A stretch of 64,000 bases of DNA from Candidatus Poribacteria bacterium (GCA_963663765.2 CAXXUA010000005.1:800001-864000); one strand, 5' to 3'; shown: positions 9,822-20,062, numbered from the stretch's first letter. Notes: a model not told the origin generated them from the sequence alone. Program-made: numbers and translations.

Positions 9822-11042
9822 CTACTGTAATTTCTTCTTTAATTCCGCGAGTTCTTTGTCAATTGATGCTTCTTCAGCATACCCCGCAAACTCACGTTCT
9901 AATTTCGTATCTTGATATACGACATCTACTTCAGCTGCGGCTTTCGCCAAAGTAGCCGACTCGGACGCGTCCTGCTCTATCTTTACCAGCGTTCCAAACG
10001 CTTTAGTGTCTTGTAATTCATTGAGCATCTCACGGAGATGGTTTTCGGCATCAATGTTTCTGTGTTGTGCGACGACTGCTGTCTTTTTCCCTTCAGCTTC
10101 CATCATCTTCTGTTGAAGATGTTCAAAAAGGTCGCTGAGTGCTTGAACAACCTCTTTCTGTTCATCCCATTGTGCATTGTATTGATTGGCAAGTTGGCGG
10201 TATTCGTTGCGCTGGGTAAGGTCTTCCCGTGCCAAATCTTCACGTCCAGCTTTGATTGCAATAGTTGCCCGTTCTTCACACCGTTTGGCTTGAGCGAGAG
10301 CACCTTCATAAGCGTCCTGAAATTGTTTTTCAACGCCGATGGAAGCGTCAACCTTCTCGCGTGCTTCTGAAAGTCTATTTGTCATCTCAGCGATGGTGTT
10401 CTCTAAAACCATTTCCGGGTCTTTGGTCTCAGTCTCAATCTGTTCCAATTCTGGCTCATATTTCACAACAACTGTCTCTGCTAACTTATCCCCCATCCGC
10501 TGCCGTCTTTTTCCGAATGTCCAGAAGAAATCCAACGGCTGCAAGATTGATGTGAGTCGGCGAATGAATGAGTCCTTGAGAGTGGCAGGTTTGCCATCTT
10601 TCAATCGAAGTACTTGTAATGATAGCAACTTTTTACCAATCCCTTGTCCATTTTTGAAACCGTCCATGAAAAATAGACCGGCTGCCCACAAGGCAATCCC
10701 TCTCCAAGTTAGGACCTGGAAATCGTCACCTATCCACAATCCAAAAAGAAAAACTATAAACAGTTGTGCGGCAACCAGTACTATTATTGGATGTTTGGTT
10801 TTCGGTCCGAATATCCACAGTAATGCGCTGAACAATCCAATCAGAATAGTAGAAAAACCCACTGCTATCAAGAGAAAGAACGCAATCAATAGGATACTCG
10901 CGAGGAACATTCCATCTATGAAAAACGCAGACAACCGCGCCCTTCGGGAGCCTAATGTAAATTCTTTGCCTGCAATTTTAATAGTCTTCACTTTCAACCC
11001 TATAAATTCTTTTGTGTTTGTGCTATAGATGTTCTGATGCAC
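9822..11042 (-). CDS. RDD membrane domain fused to PspA/IM30 coiled coil
   Basis: RRARLSAFFID, GQGIGKKLLSLQV, RQRMGDKLAETVVV (RDD), then DPEMVLE...AGREDLARE...IDKELAELKKKL (PspA). Confidence 0.82.
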   Translation of the reverse strand: MHQNIYSTNTKEFIGLKVKTIKIAGKEFTLGSRRARLSAFFIDGMFLASILLIAFFLLIAVGFSTILIGLFSALLWIFGPKTKHPIIVLVAAQLFIVFLFGLWIGDDFQVLTWRGIALWAAGLFFMDGFKNGQGIGKKLLSLQVLRLKDGKPATLKDSFIRRLTSILQPLDFFWTFGKRRQRMGDKLAETVVVKYEPELEQIETETKDPEMVLENTIAEMTNRLSEAREKVDASIGVEKQFQDAYEGALAQAKRCEERATIAIKAGREDLAREDLTQRNEYRQLANQYNAQWDEQKEVVQALSDLFEHLQQKMMEAEGKKTAVVAQHRNIDAENHLREMLNELQDTKAFGTLVKIEQDASESATLAKAAAEVDVVYQDTKLEREFAGYAEEASIDKELAELKKKLQ

Positions 11043-11091
11043 ATTTATTTCTGTAGTTTACCTTTAATTCTGCTAACAGCGTATCTCATAT

Positions 11092-12210
11092 CTATTGTAG
11101 TTTTGCTTTTAGTTCTGTGAGTTCTCTGTCAATTGATTCGTCATCTGCATACTTCTCAAATTCGCGTTGTAAGTTTATGTCCTTGAATTCAATATCTACT
11201 TCGGATGCAGCCTTTGCTAAGGCAGCAGCCTCAGTTACGTTTTGCCCCATTTTCTTGAGTATTTCAAAAGCTTTATTATCACGGAGTTCTGTCAATGTTT
11301 GTTGTAGATGTTCTTGGGCATCCACATTTCTGTGTTTGGCTATTACAACGTCCCTTTCTCTCTGTGTTTGCTGTGTTTTTTGTTGTAAGGCATCAAGTAA
11401 CGTTGTGAGATGTTCTACAGTCTGTTTCTGTTCCTCCCACTGCTGTTTGTATTGGGTTGCAAGTTGTTGGTATTCATTTCGTTGTGCGAGGTCTTCCCGT
11501 GCCAAGTCTTCTCGTTCAGCTTTCAGTGCAATGAGTGCGCGTTCTTCACATTTTTTGGCTTGTGCAACAGCACCATCGTGAGCATTTTGAAACTGTTTTT
11601 CTATCCCAATAGAAGCATCTACCTTTTGCTTCGCTTCTGAAAACCGATTTGTGATTTCCAGGATAACATCTTCTAATACCTTTTCAAGGTCCTTTTCTTC
11701 GTTTTCTGCTTCACGTTCAACTTCTATATCAGACACAATTTCTACAATTGGTGAATCTAATTGTACTACAACCGTTTTCGCGAGCTTATCTCCCATTCGT
11801 TGCCTTACTTTTCCAGATAGAAATAACCAGTCAATAGGTTGAAATATACCTGAAAAACGTCGCACGAAAGCGTCCCATAAGTTTGCTGGTTTTCCATCTT
11901 TCAATCGGACAATTTGTAGAGATAAGAGCCTTTTTCCAAACCCACCCCCTTTTATGACACCGTCCATACAAAATATGCCAAAGAACCACAAGACAACAGA
12001 TAATAGAATCATAGATCTTAATGTTAGTTGATTTGCATCATAGATGTCCAGAAAGAAAAATTTTTCAAGAACCCAAATTTCCAAGTATCCTCCAAGAAAC
12101 ACAATACATTGGAGGAAAACACAGAGAACTATGTCCAGCAAAAACGCGCAGAACCGCTTCCATCGAGATGCTAATTTAAACTTTTCCCCTATGATCTTTA
12201 CAAAAGACAT
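11092..12210 (-). CDS. RDD-PspA/IM30 fusion, tandem paralog
   Basis: ASRWKRFCAFLLD, GKRLLSLQIV, QRMGDKLAKTVVV, AEREDLARE; clearly similar to 9822-11042. Confidence 0.82.
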   Translation of the reverse strand: MSFVKIIGEKFKLASRWKRFCAFLLDIVLCVFLQCIVFLGGYLEIWVLEKFFFLDIYDANQLTLRSMILLSVVLWFFGIFCMDGVIKGGGFGKRLLSLQIVRLKDGKPANLWDAFVRRFSGIFQPIDWLFLSGKVRQRMGDKLAKTVVVQLDSPIVEIVSDIEVEREAENEEKDLEKVLEDVILEITNRFSEAKQKVDASIGIEKQFQNAHDGAVAQAKKCEERALIALKAEREDLAREDLAQRNEYQQLATQYKQQWEEQKQTVEHLTTLLDALQQKTQQTQRERDVVIAKHRNVDAQEHLQQTLTELRDNKAFEILKKMGQNVTEAAALAKAASEVDIEFKDINLQREFEKYADDESIDRELTELKAKLQ

Positions 12211-12456
12211 TCTTACAATTCCTCTATAGCGTATCTCATAAATGCAATTTTGTCCAAATTCATCAAATCACGCGTCTGGTAAATCGGGGTTTCTAACCTC
12301 GATTGTTTGAGCCAAAACCTGCAAATCGGGGTTAGAAACACCTCCAACAACTCTAATAGTAAACGTTTCAACAATAGGTCACATCACTAAATTGACACCC
12401 GGGGAATGCTATAGAGAATTCAGACCTTTGATTAATGGGTAAAACTATGCAAAATC

Positions 12457-12685
12457 CATAGGCGTCAATTTAAGCGACAAATCCCGCCACACATTGTAGG
12501 GCGGGGTCTCTGTGCCCCGCCATGTATTCAAAAAGGAAACAATGGGCGGGCACAGAGACCCGGGGAATGCCTAAATGGCATTCATACCGTTGATTTCTTG
12601 ATTTGGTCCCTACAATCAAGATGACAACGTTGGTTGTGCTAAACTGAACAATACCTTGAAATAAATCCCTAAATTGACGCCTATG
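12457..12685. mobile_element. MITE family C with internal inverted REP pair
   Basis: TIR CATAGGCGTCAATTTA / TAAATTGACGCCTATG; internal GTAGGGCGGGGTCTCTGTGCCC pair. Confidence 0.85.
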
Positions 12686-12704
12686 GGTATAACTATGCAA
12701 AACC

Positions 12705-13080
12705 TATAGGTGTCAACTTAAGGATATTAACCTCTTGTGGGAGGGGTTTTCAACCCCGACAGAAGCCAAACGCGCTTCTGACGTTGATTTGGATTTATTA
12801 GGGCATTTCCGCTCAAATCGGGGTTAAAAACCCCTCCCACAAGAGAAAATGCAAACAATATTTTCTTAAGTTGACACCTATAGGGTATAACTATGCAAAA
12901 CCCATAGGTGTCAACTTAAGGATATTAACCTCTTGTGGGAGGGGTTTTCAACCCCGTCAGAAGCCAAACGCGCTTCTGACGTTGATTTGGATTTATTAGG
13001 GCATTTCCGCTCAAATCGGGGTTAAAAACCCCTCCCACAAGAGAAAATGCAAACAATATTTTCTTAAGTTGACACCTATG
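12705..13080. mobile_element. Two tandem near-identical MITE family C copies (12705-12882, 12903-13080)
   Basis: 198-bp period; TIR ATAGGTGTCAACTTAAG; internal inverted pair CTTGTGGGAGGGGTTTT / AAAACCCCTCCCACAAG. Confidence 0.92.
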
Positions 13081-13192
13081 GGTATAACTATGCAAAACCC
13101 AACCTACGAAAAGTCTTTCCTACATCAAACTATTACACATATCTCTTAATAATAGAGCCAGTAAGAATGAAAAAGATAGCCAAATTACGTGG

Positions 13193-14257
13193 TTACAATG
13201 TGGGGACTGTTACCTCCACTTCACGTCCATCAGATTCAGAGGAATCAATGACTCCCTGAATGATGACGTTAGTTAGCAGGACACCGTAAGGATCAATCGG
13301 TGAGGGTTTGCCTTCTCTAACAGCATCAATAAACGCACTATCTTCCTCGTGAAACACATTTACCGACTTAAATTCCGTGTATGTTTCATCATGGATCTCA
13401 CCGTTCTTGTCACCATAGACACGTACACCATTCTGAGGACCGCGCACTTCACCGACTCCGACGCGTAAACCTGCTTTCTTACCGAGAAAAATAGTACCAC
13501 CAAGGGAATCCATATTCATACACCAACATGTCTTGAAAACCATGCGTGCACCGTTGTCAAATACCACCCAACCGACACCGAAATCTTCTACCTCTGTTTC
13601 TCTGAGTGCGGGATTCCAATTGTTGTGTAGACTTAAGTAGTTTGAGGTAATGCCTGAGACAGCAACAGGTTTGGGGTGTTCCATCAGATAGAGTGCAGTA
13701 TCCAATGCGTAGACACCGATGTCTGCGGACGCGCCTAAACCGGCTGTCGCTTTACGTATGAAACTGCCACCAGGATTGCCGCGACGTCTGTCTGCTACAG
13801 TCTCAACGTAATAGATGTCACCCAGTGTACCAGCGTCTACAATCTCTTTCGCCTTGATGACTTGGGAGGAATAGCGAAGTTTTAATCCAATCATGAGTAT
13901 TTTGTCGTTTTCCACGGATGCACGCCACATTGCAGCTGCTGCGTCCAACGTTGCTTCCATGGGTTTTTCGCAGAAGACGTGTTTGCCCGCGTTGAGTGCA
14001 GCAACGGTTGGAGCAGAATGTACACCTGTCGGGGTGCATACGTAGACCGCTTCAATCTCATCCATTTTGAGCATTTCGTTATAATCGGTGAATGTATTTT
14101 TGATTCCCCATCTTTCTTTTGCGCGTTCTAAGTTACCCGATACCAAGTCTGCAGCTGCGATAATTTCCGCGCCTTCTATGTTAGCAAGCGTTCCGCAATG
14201 TGACTGTGCAATGCCACCTGCCCCAATTAAACCTAATTTGACTGTTCTCATAGCCAT
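13193..14257 (-). CDS. Gfo/Idh/MocA oxidoreductase
   Basis: GLIGAGGIA, GKHVFCEKP, ADIGVYALD. Confidence 0.93.
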   Translation of the reverse strand: MAMRTVKLGLIGAGGIAQSHCGTLANIEGAEIIAAADLVSGNLERAKERWGIKNTFTDYNEMLKMDEIEAVYVCTPTGVHSAPTVAALNAGKHVFCEKPMEATLDAAAAMWRASVENDKILMIGLKLRYSSQVIKAKEIVDAGTLGDIYYVETVADRRRGNPGGSFIRKATAGLGASADIGVYALDTALYLMEHPKPVAVSGITSNYLSLHNNWNPALRETEVEDFGVGWVVFDNGARMVFKTCWCMNMDSLGGTIFLGKKAGLRVGVGEVRGPQNGVRVYGDKNGEIHDETYTEFKSVNVFHEEDSAFIDAVREGKPSPIDPYGVLLTNVIIQGVIDSSESDGREVEVTVPTL

Positions 14258-14395
14258 CTCCTCGTTACAGATATATTTTATTGATTTTATCCTTTTTCAT
14301 TTTCATAGTCAAGTTAATTTATGGTGCGGGGTGTGTAATGTTTTGGCACAAACTGCTCATTCTCCATGGTAGGGCGGGGTCTCTGTGCCCCGCCG

Positions 14396-15071
14396 CATAG
14401 GTGTCAACTTAGCGATTCATATTATTGTTGGAGGAAAATCTTGAAATCACGATTTTCTCACTCAAGGTAGACGTGCTTTGTAAGCGCACCCCCCCAACTG
14501 CACTCCCTCGCACTCACCCGCACTCACCTGCAGGCGTGCTTTGTAAGCGCACCAAGCACTCACCCGCACTCACCCACACTCCCCTGCAGGCGTGCTTTGT
14601 AAGCGCACCCCGAACTCACCCGCACTCAACCGCAGGCGTGCTTTGTAAGCGCACCCCTCAACTGCAGGCGTGCTTTGTAAGCGCACCCAACACTCACCCG
14701 CACTCAACTGCAGACGTGCTTTGTAAGCGCACCCCTCAACTGCAGGCGTGCTTTGTAAGCGCACCCAACACTCACCCGCACTCAACTGCAGACGTGCTTT
14801 GTAAGCGCACTCCTCAACTGCAGGCGTGCTTTGTAAGCGCGCCTGCACTCACCCGCACCCCCCAACTGCAGGCGTGCTTTGTAAGCGCACCTACCAACTG
14901 CACTCCCCTGCAGGCGTGCTTTGTAAGCGCGCCAAGCACTCACCCGCACTCCCCTGCAGGCGTGCTTTGTAAGCGCACCGTTGCCAATCCTGTGTTTATC
15001 GGCGCACTTACAAAGCACACCTACCGGGATGGGGTATTTAGCACTTGACTTTTTCTTAAGTTGACACCTAA
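14396..15071. mobile_element. MITE family C carrying an amplified REP array
   Basis: TIR CATAGGTGTCAACTTA / TAAGTTGACACCTA. Confidence 0.85.
14467..15024. repeat. Array of 12 direct REP-like hairpins plus one inverted copy
   Basis: G(T/C)AG(G/A)CGTGCTTTGTAAGCGCACC repeats with C/A-rich linkers; terminal inverted GGCGCACTTACAAAGCACACCTAC. Confidence 0.95.
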
Positions 15072-15175
15072 GGGGTCTCTGTGTCCCGTCACAACTGATT
15101 AAATAAGAGATTACGGGAACAGCACCCATAGGTGTTGTCAACATAAGGAAATATTGTTAATATCAACCATACTCT

Positions 15176-15605
15176 TCAGTCCCGACAAATGCCATACGCG
15201 CATTTGGCGTTGATTTGGTAGCGACGATATGTTTATAGAAAACGAGTTCACACGCCTTTTTAGTCCCGACAAATGCCATACGCGCATTTGGCGTTGATTT
15301 GGTAGGGACGATATGTTTATTCTTCTATGCCGTTCCTACGGAACTCAAGAGGGGTAGATAACATTTTTCTATAAACATATCGTCCCTACGGGACTAAATG
15401 GTTTTCTTGCTAAGTATTTGTTATATGTTCCCATTGACGATCTTCTACTTAAACAGATGACGACTGGGTTCTTCAGCATTGAAATTTTATTTTATGCTAA
15501 AATTAATTGCCGAAAGAACCACTAAAGACATGGACAAGATGGCAACGCATAAAATTAACGGCATAGCAAAAAATCATCAAAAATGCCTAAAACTAAATAA
15601 TCCTA
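15176..15605. mobile_element. Partial MITE family B / REP cluster with two micro-inserts and a nested family F element
   Basis: AGTCCCG...TAGGGACGATATGTTTAT repeats; one family B terminus AAAACTAAATAATCCT near 15590-15605. Confidence 0.75.
15399..15521. mobile_element. MITE family F
   Basis: TGG...CCA ends, CTAAA on both sides; inverted homolog at 43769-44089. Confidence 0.75.
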
Positions 15606-15714
15606 CCATTTCCAATAATTTGTTGATATTGAAGTTAAAGTCTGCTAAAATACTTGTGGATAGGTATTAAACCACTACATCTTACACCTGAAATAGAACT
15701 GGAGAAAAAGCAGC

Positions 15715-16323
15715 ATGACAGCAAACGCAATAACACTTTATAGACTTTTTATGACTCTTATTGTTATCATCATTTTCGGACAACATCTATACATCAATAT
15801 AGCGTGTGTTGTAACAATTGTCCTAATTTATATACTTGATGCGGTGGATGGTATCGTTGCTCGTAGGCAGGATAAGGCAACAACATTCGGTGCTGTCTTT
15901 GATATTGCAGCGGATAGAGTGATTGAAAACGTATTCTGGATATACTTTGCTGCTAACAGTTCTATTCACGTCTGGATGCCGATTGCCGTGGTGACGCGTG
16001 GGTTTCTCACAGATGGTGTCCGTGGCCTTGCACTTACAGATGGAAAAACACCTTTTGAGATGATGGCTATACCTTGGACGCGCGCATTGACAAGTTCTCG
16101 TATCTCTCGCTTTTTCTCCGGTTTTTCTAAAGCACTCGCCTTCACTTGCCTCTCAGCTATTCCTGTCGTTGAAGAGATTTTTTCCCATAACGACACTGTT
16201 ATAAGTGCCTTTAAGACTGCATCTGTTGTAATAGCAATTTTTGCTGTTGGTATCTGTTTGATCCGCGGTTTCCCTGTGCTTATTGATGGGTGGAAGTATA
16301 TTAAAGAAAGTAGTCAAAAATGA
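15715..16323 (+). CDS. CDP-alcohol phosphatidyltransferase
   Basis: DAVDGIVARRQDKATTFGAVFDIAADR signature. Confidence 0.93.
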   Translation: MTANAITLYRLFMTLIVIIIFGQHLYINIACVVTIVLIYILDAVDGIVARRQDKATTFGAVFDIAADRVIENVFWIYFAANSSIHVWMPIAVVTRGFLTDGVRGLALTDGKTPFEMMAIPWTRALTSSRISRFFSGFSKALAFTCLSAIPVVEEIFSHNDTVISAFKTASVVIAIFAVGICLIRGFPVLIDGWKYIKESSQK

Positions 16324-17084
16324 AAAAAAGGCTTTTTACAACTGGTGAATTGATATTCGGTGGCATTGCCTGCCTATTAATCCTATTGATTGGGGCGGGT
16401 GCCTGCTATTATTGGTATAAACATAGTATTGCTCCTTACGAAAAAGAAGCAGCCCAAACAGCCAAACCTGTCAGCGAATGGGAAAAATCACAGAAAGTGA
16501 ATACCAACAACGTGACGGAAGAAGTAAATACCACACCTGCGGAAAAACATAACGCAACAACAGAGAAACCTATAACCGAAACAATAGATGTTTCCGATAA
16601 TGTATTGCAAAACGCTAACACAAAAAATGTTGAAGCTGAGAACTATGTTGAAGCAGGGACTTCACCAACAGAAACTGTAGAAGATGTACCCGTCTCTCCG
16701 CACGGATTTGGTCCCTATCCGAAAATACCAAAGGGTGCGCCAATTGCAAAATTTGACGACAGTGACGATATAGACATGGAATTATTGATTCGTGTTGCTG
16801 TCAAGGCTTGGAACGAAGGTGAAAGATTCGAAAGTGCTTTCACTGATGGGAATACAGGTAGGGTCTACCTAAATTATCCTGGAATAGTTTATGTCGAATA
16901 TTCAGAAAAGAGAGATACCGCAACTGGTGAAGTAAAATTAGTTGTTAGTAATGTTACTGGACCTGCTTCATTAAGTCAGAGTGTTATCAGTTCAGTTTTC
17001 GATGGTAACACACCTGCAGGATACACAACTATAGATATTAAAGAATCTGGGATAGACCCTTATGAGTATTTAGAATTACCTTAA
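16320..17084 (+). CDS. Hypothetical membrane-anchored protein
   Basis: N-terminal TM helix, T/E/N-rich linker, VSPHGFGPYPKIP and GIDPYEYL motifs; ATGA overlap with the upstream gene. Confidence 0.7.
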   Translation: MKKRLFTTGELIFGGIACLLILLIGAGACYYWYKHSIAPYEKEAAQTAKPVSEWEKSQKVNTNNVTEEVNTTPAEKHNATTEKPITETIDVSDNVLQNANTKNVEAENYVEAGTSPTETVEDVPVSPHGFGPYPKIPKGAPIAKFDDSDDIDMELLIRVAVKAWNEGERFESAFTDGNTGRVYLNYPGIVYVEYSEKRDTATGEVKLVVSNVTGPASLSQSVISSVFDGNTPAGYTTIDIKESGIDPYEYLELP

Positions 17085-17174
17085 TTTAACGAGTTGTGCT
17101 AAATAACTATACGTTAATCATTGTTTCACATAAGCATGGCGTTTTGCAGGTGTCCTTCATAGTTTGAAACTATC

Positions 17175-17285
17175 TTTAGTCCCGTAGGGACGATATGTTT
17201 ATAGAAAAACGTCATAGTACATCCTCTTTAGTCCCGACAAATGCCATACGCGCATTTGGCGTTGATTTGGTAGGGACGATATGTG
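17175..17285. repeat. Two direct REP units, the second carrying a 34-nt micro-insert
   Basis: CTTTAGTCCCGTAGGGACGATATG versus CTTTAGTCCCG[insert 17237-17270]TAGGGACGATATG. Confidence 0.88.
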
Positions 17286-17329
17286 TGCATTATAAACCTA
17301 ATATATGTAAAAACTTTGAAAACAATGGG

Positions 17330-18601
17330 TTAACTGGCACAAGTCGTTAATTTACCTTCTGACGTATCAACAAGTGAATTTAGAATGGGCAGCAACGAAT
17401 TCATTGTTGGCACATCGCGGAAGGTAAAGCCGAATTGTGAGAAATAGTCTGACTCCGACAACGCATCCGCGATAATCTGTTGCTTCTCCAACTCCTTTGA
17501 TACACCGAGAATAAGGGGTGTGTCGGTATGTTCCGCAAGTGTATTGAGACGGGCAAGTAGATGTCCTTGGTGCCACGGATGGAACAGCTCAATTGCGATT
17601 TTCACACCACTGCTATGGATCAGTTGATAATCTGGGAAGCAGTAGAAATCACCGGGTAAAGGTAGAAACTGACTTCCAGGGTGTATCTGCCATGTATCGG
17701 TTTTGTTGCGGAGCATCTCTTGAAAGAGATGAATGTCTTCAGGAATGTAGGCGAGGAATTGTTGCGATATGGGTTTGATACCGCACGAATCATCAAGAAT
17801 CAACCGACAACTCTGTTTATTGCGAAACTGAATTTCCGCGGTGAGTTCCCATTTCGGTTGATGTAGTATAGCGACAAAAAAATTGGCTAAGTTCATGCCA
17901 TATCGTTTGGTTTTGTAAAAGAGGTTTAGCGGTCCGTCTACAGTAATGTGGAATAGATCCTCGTTTGTGGTTTTCTCCTTCCGAATAGTGGAGAGGAGTT
18001 GGTTAAATCTAAGATACTTGAACAACTGCCGGAGTTCTGCTGTCATGGATTCAGTGAGAACTAATGTGAGTGTGTTGCAATGTAGGAGCAATCCTTGCAC
18101 CTGCGCAGTGTTGTAGCGGTGGAGTAGATGTTCGGCAGATATTCTTCTGAAAGACAGCACGGGTTGGCAATTCGGCAGATCCGCATAGAGTTTATCACCC
18201 AACCCGTTCCCCTCTAATACCCCTTCGTTTCCAACAATCTGCGAAACTTTCTGCTGATAGTCGGCATAATCCTGAAACCTTTCTTGTGAAAGCATGCGGC
18301 TTGTTTCTGTAAACAGTTTATGCCGAAATGCAATAAGTTCTTCATTAGGAGCAGTGTCAAACTCAGTGCGGTCTAATAGCAGTTTTTCAAAGCCACGTTT
18401 GATGATAAGTTGCCCTGATGTCGTATCAATGACATGTTTACTCGCTTCTAATATCGTTGCCCTCGGCTTGTCCTGTGATTCTTCAAACACGGATATTAGC
18501 TGGTCAGCAATTGCCAGTAATTTGCTGTCTGTAGGATCAACAAATTGGGGAAAAATCTTCCCTTTTTGAATTCTGTAGCGGAGTAGGTCTTTGGTAAGCA
18601 T
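17330..18601 (-). CDS. DUF790 (Bax1-like) nuclease
   Basis: MLTKDLL start, LLHRYNTAQVQGLL, VDGPLNLFYKTKRYG, C-terminal PDY...IEL nuclease-like motif. Confidence 0.82.
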   Translation of the reverse strand: MLTKDLLRYRIQKGKIFPQFVDPTDSKLLAIADQLISVFEESQDKPRATILEASKHVIDTTSGQLIIKRGFEKLLLDRTEFDTAPNEELIAFRHKLFTETSRMLSQERFQDYADYQQKVSQIVGNEGVLEGNGLGDKLYADLPNCQPVLSFRRISAEHLLHRYNTAQVQGLLLHCNTLTLVLTESMTAELRQLFKYLRFNQLLSTIRKEKTTNEDLFHITVDGPLNLFYKTKRYGMNLANFFVAILHQPKWELTAEIQFRNKQSCRLILDDSCGIKPISQQFLAYIPEDIHLFQEMLRNKTDTWQIHPGSQFLPLPGDFYCFPDYQLIHSSGVKIAIELFHPWHQGHLLARLNTLAEHTDTPLILGVSKELEKQQIIADALSESDYFSQFGFTFRDVPTMNSLLPILNSLVDTSEGKLTTCAS

Positions 18602-18628
18602 AACGGTTTGATAGCACAGAGGATGTGC

Positions 18629-20008
18629 CTACGACTTTGTTTGGTAGGCGTGGTGTTGTCGTCTTCGTTTGTTGACATAATGTTCGCTGGTCTGTTTTGA
18701 AATGAGTTCGTAAAGTACAGCCTGTTTCCCCTCTCTTTTTCTTAGAATGCGTCCTAACCGCTGCACATGTTCACGCACACTACCACTACCGGAAACAATA
18801 ATAGCGACATTCGCTTCTGGCACATCTATACCTTCATTTAGCACTTTTGAGGTAACCAGTATAGAATAGGTACCGTCGCGAAATCCGTTCAAAAATGCAT
18901 TTCGTTCTTTGAGTTTCGTTTGATGCGTTAGTACAGGTAGGAAGAAGCGAGTGCCGATTTGATATGCGGTATCGTTGTCCTGCGTAAAGATGATGATGCG
19001 ATCCCCACTATGCCGTTGGATGAGTTTCCACACCCACTCCTGCTTCGTTGTGGAAGCAAAACTAAGCTGCTTCTGTGTGAGATATGCTTTGAATGCGGTG
19101 CGCCCCGCTTCGGATTGTGATGACTTCCACAAAAATGTTTTCCATCCGGATGATGTTCCCATGTTTATCCTTTCGCGCTTAAGGAAGTCCAAATAGGTCT
19201 TGCGTGCTGTTTCATACTGAACCCGTTCTGTGTCCTTCATGTCTACTGCGATTGTAACAACACGATAGGGTGAAAGCGTTTTACCAGAGAGTTCCTGCAC
19301 TTTTGCTTCATAACAACATTCTCCCACAAGTGCGTAGAGTCTGCTCTCTTTGCCATCAACGCGTTCGGGGGTCGCGGTCAATCCTAACCGAAATGGTGCA
19401 ATGCTGCTAATCGCACCATATTGATATTGTTCTCCCGGTAGGTGATGGCACTCGTCAAAGATGGCGAAACCGAAACGGTTCCCGTAATGCGGCGCATGCA
19501 TCACAGCAGATTGATAAGTGGTTACAGTCAGGTCGCATAGTTCGTGTTGTCCACCGCCATATAATCCTACCTCCTGCCCAAAATGTTCCTTGAGGACTTC
19601 GTACCATTGGTGCATCAAATCTATTGTCGGCACATGCACAAGCGTTGGACGTTGTGTTTCTGCAATGAGCAGAACTGCGATGAAGGTCTTGCCAGCACCT
19701 GTTGGTAGACTTACGACACCGCGCTGACCGTTGGCATGCCACGCGTCAATTGCTTCGCTTTGATACGGATACGGGGAGACATGTTTTTGATTGGTGAAGG
19801 TTTTGACTGTGAATTGTCGTGCCGTATCTTCATAAGGGATGTTGTTGGCACGTAGCTGCGAGACAATGCTACGATAGCGATAGGCTGGTGCACGGAAGGT
19901 AAGTGTACGTTCGTCCCACTGGATGTCCGGTAATTGTAGTTGGAGTACATCTGGGACGTTCTGTAGGATGAGCGTGCCTTTGTCAAAGTTTAGTTTGAGT
20001 GGTGCCAT
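18629..20008 (-). CDS. XPB/Rad25-like SF2 helicase
   Basis: PYPYQSEA, LPTGAGKT, DECHH, LGLTATPER, VLNEGIDVP, QRLGRILR. Confidence 0.9.
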   Translation of the reverse strand: MAPLKLNFDKGTLILQNVPDVLQLQLPDIQWDERTLTFRAPAYRYRSIVSQLRANNIPYEDTARQFTVKTFTNQKHVSPYPYQSEAIDAWHANGQRGVVSLPTGAGKTFIAVLLIAETQRPTLVHVPTIDLMHQWYEVLKEHFGQEVGLYGGGQHELCDLTVTTYQSAVMHAPHYGNRFGFAIFDECHHLPGEQYQYGAISSIAPFRLGLTATPERVDGKESRLYALVGECCYEAKVQELSGKTLSPYRVVTIAVDMKDTERVQYETARKTYLDFLKRERINMGTSSGWKTFLWKSSQSEAGRTAFKAYLTQKQLSFASTTKQEWVWKLIQRHSGDRIIIFTQDNDTAYQIGTRFFLPVLTHQTKLKERNAFLNGFRDGTYSILVTSKVLNEGIDVPEANVAIIVSGSGSVREHVQRLGRILRKREGKQAVLYELISKQTSEHYVNKRRRQHHAYQTKS

Positions 20009-20062
20009 GATTGGGTCTCAGGTGGAAACGGTATAATGGTGCGATTTTCAACAATTATGATG

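Noticed and set aside
10339-11581. Plus-strand ORFs of 229 and 154 aa
   Set aside because: Antisense shadows of the RDD-PspA genes; the same applies to most short overlapping ORFs in the track.
14467-15024. CRISPR array
   Set aside because: Linkers are low-complexity, recurrent and 9-40 nt long; the repeat is a REP found elsewhere; no cas genes are present.
14425-15144. ORFs of 207, 120 and 92 aa
   Set aside because: Open frames arise from the stop-poor REP array inside a MITE.
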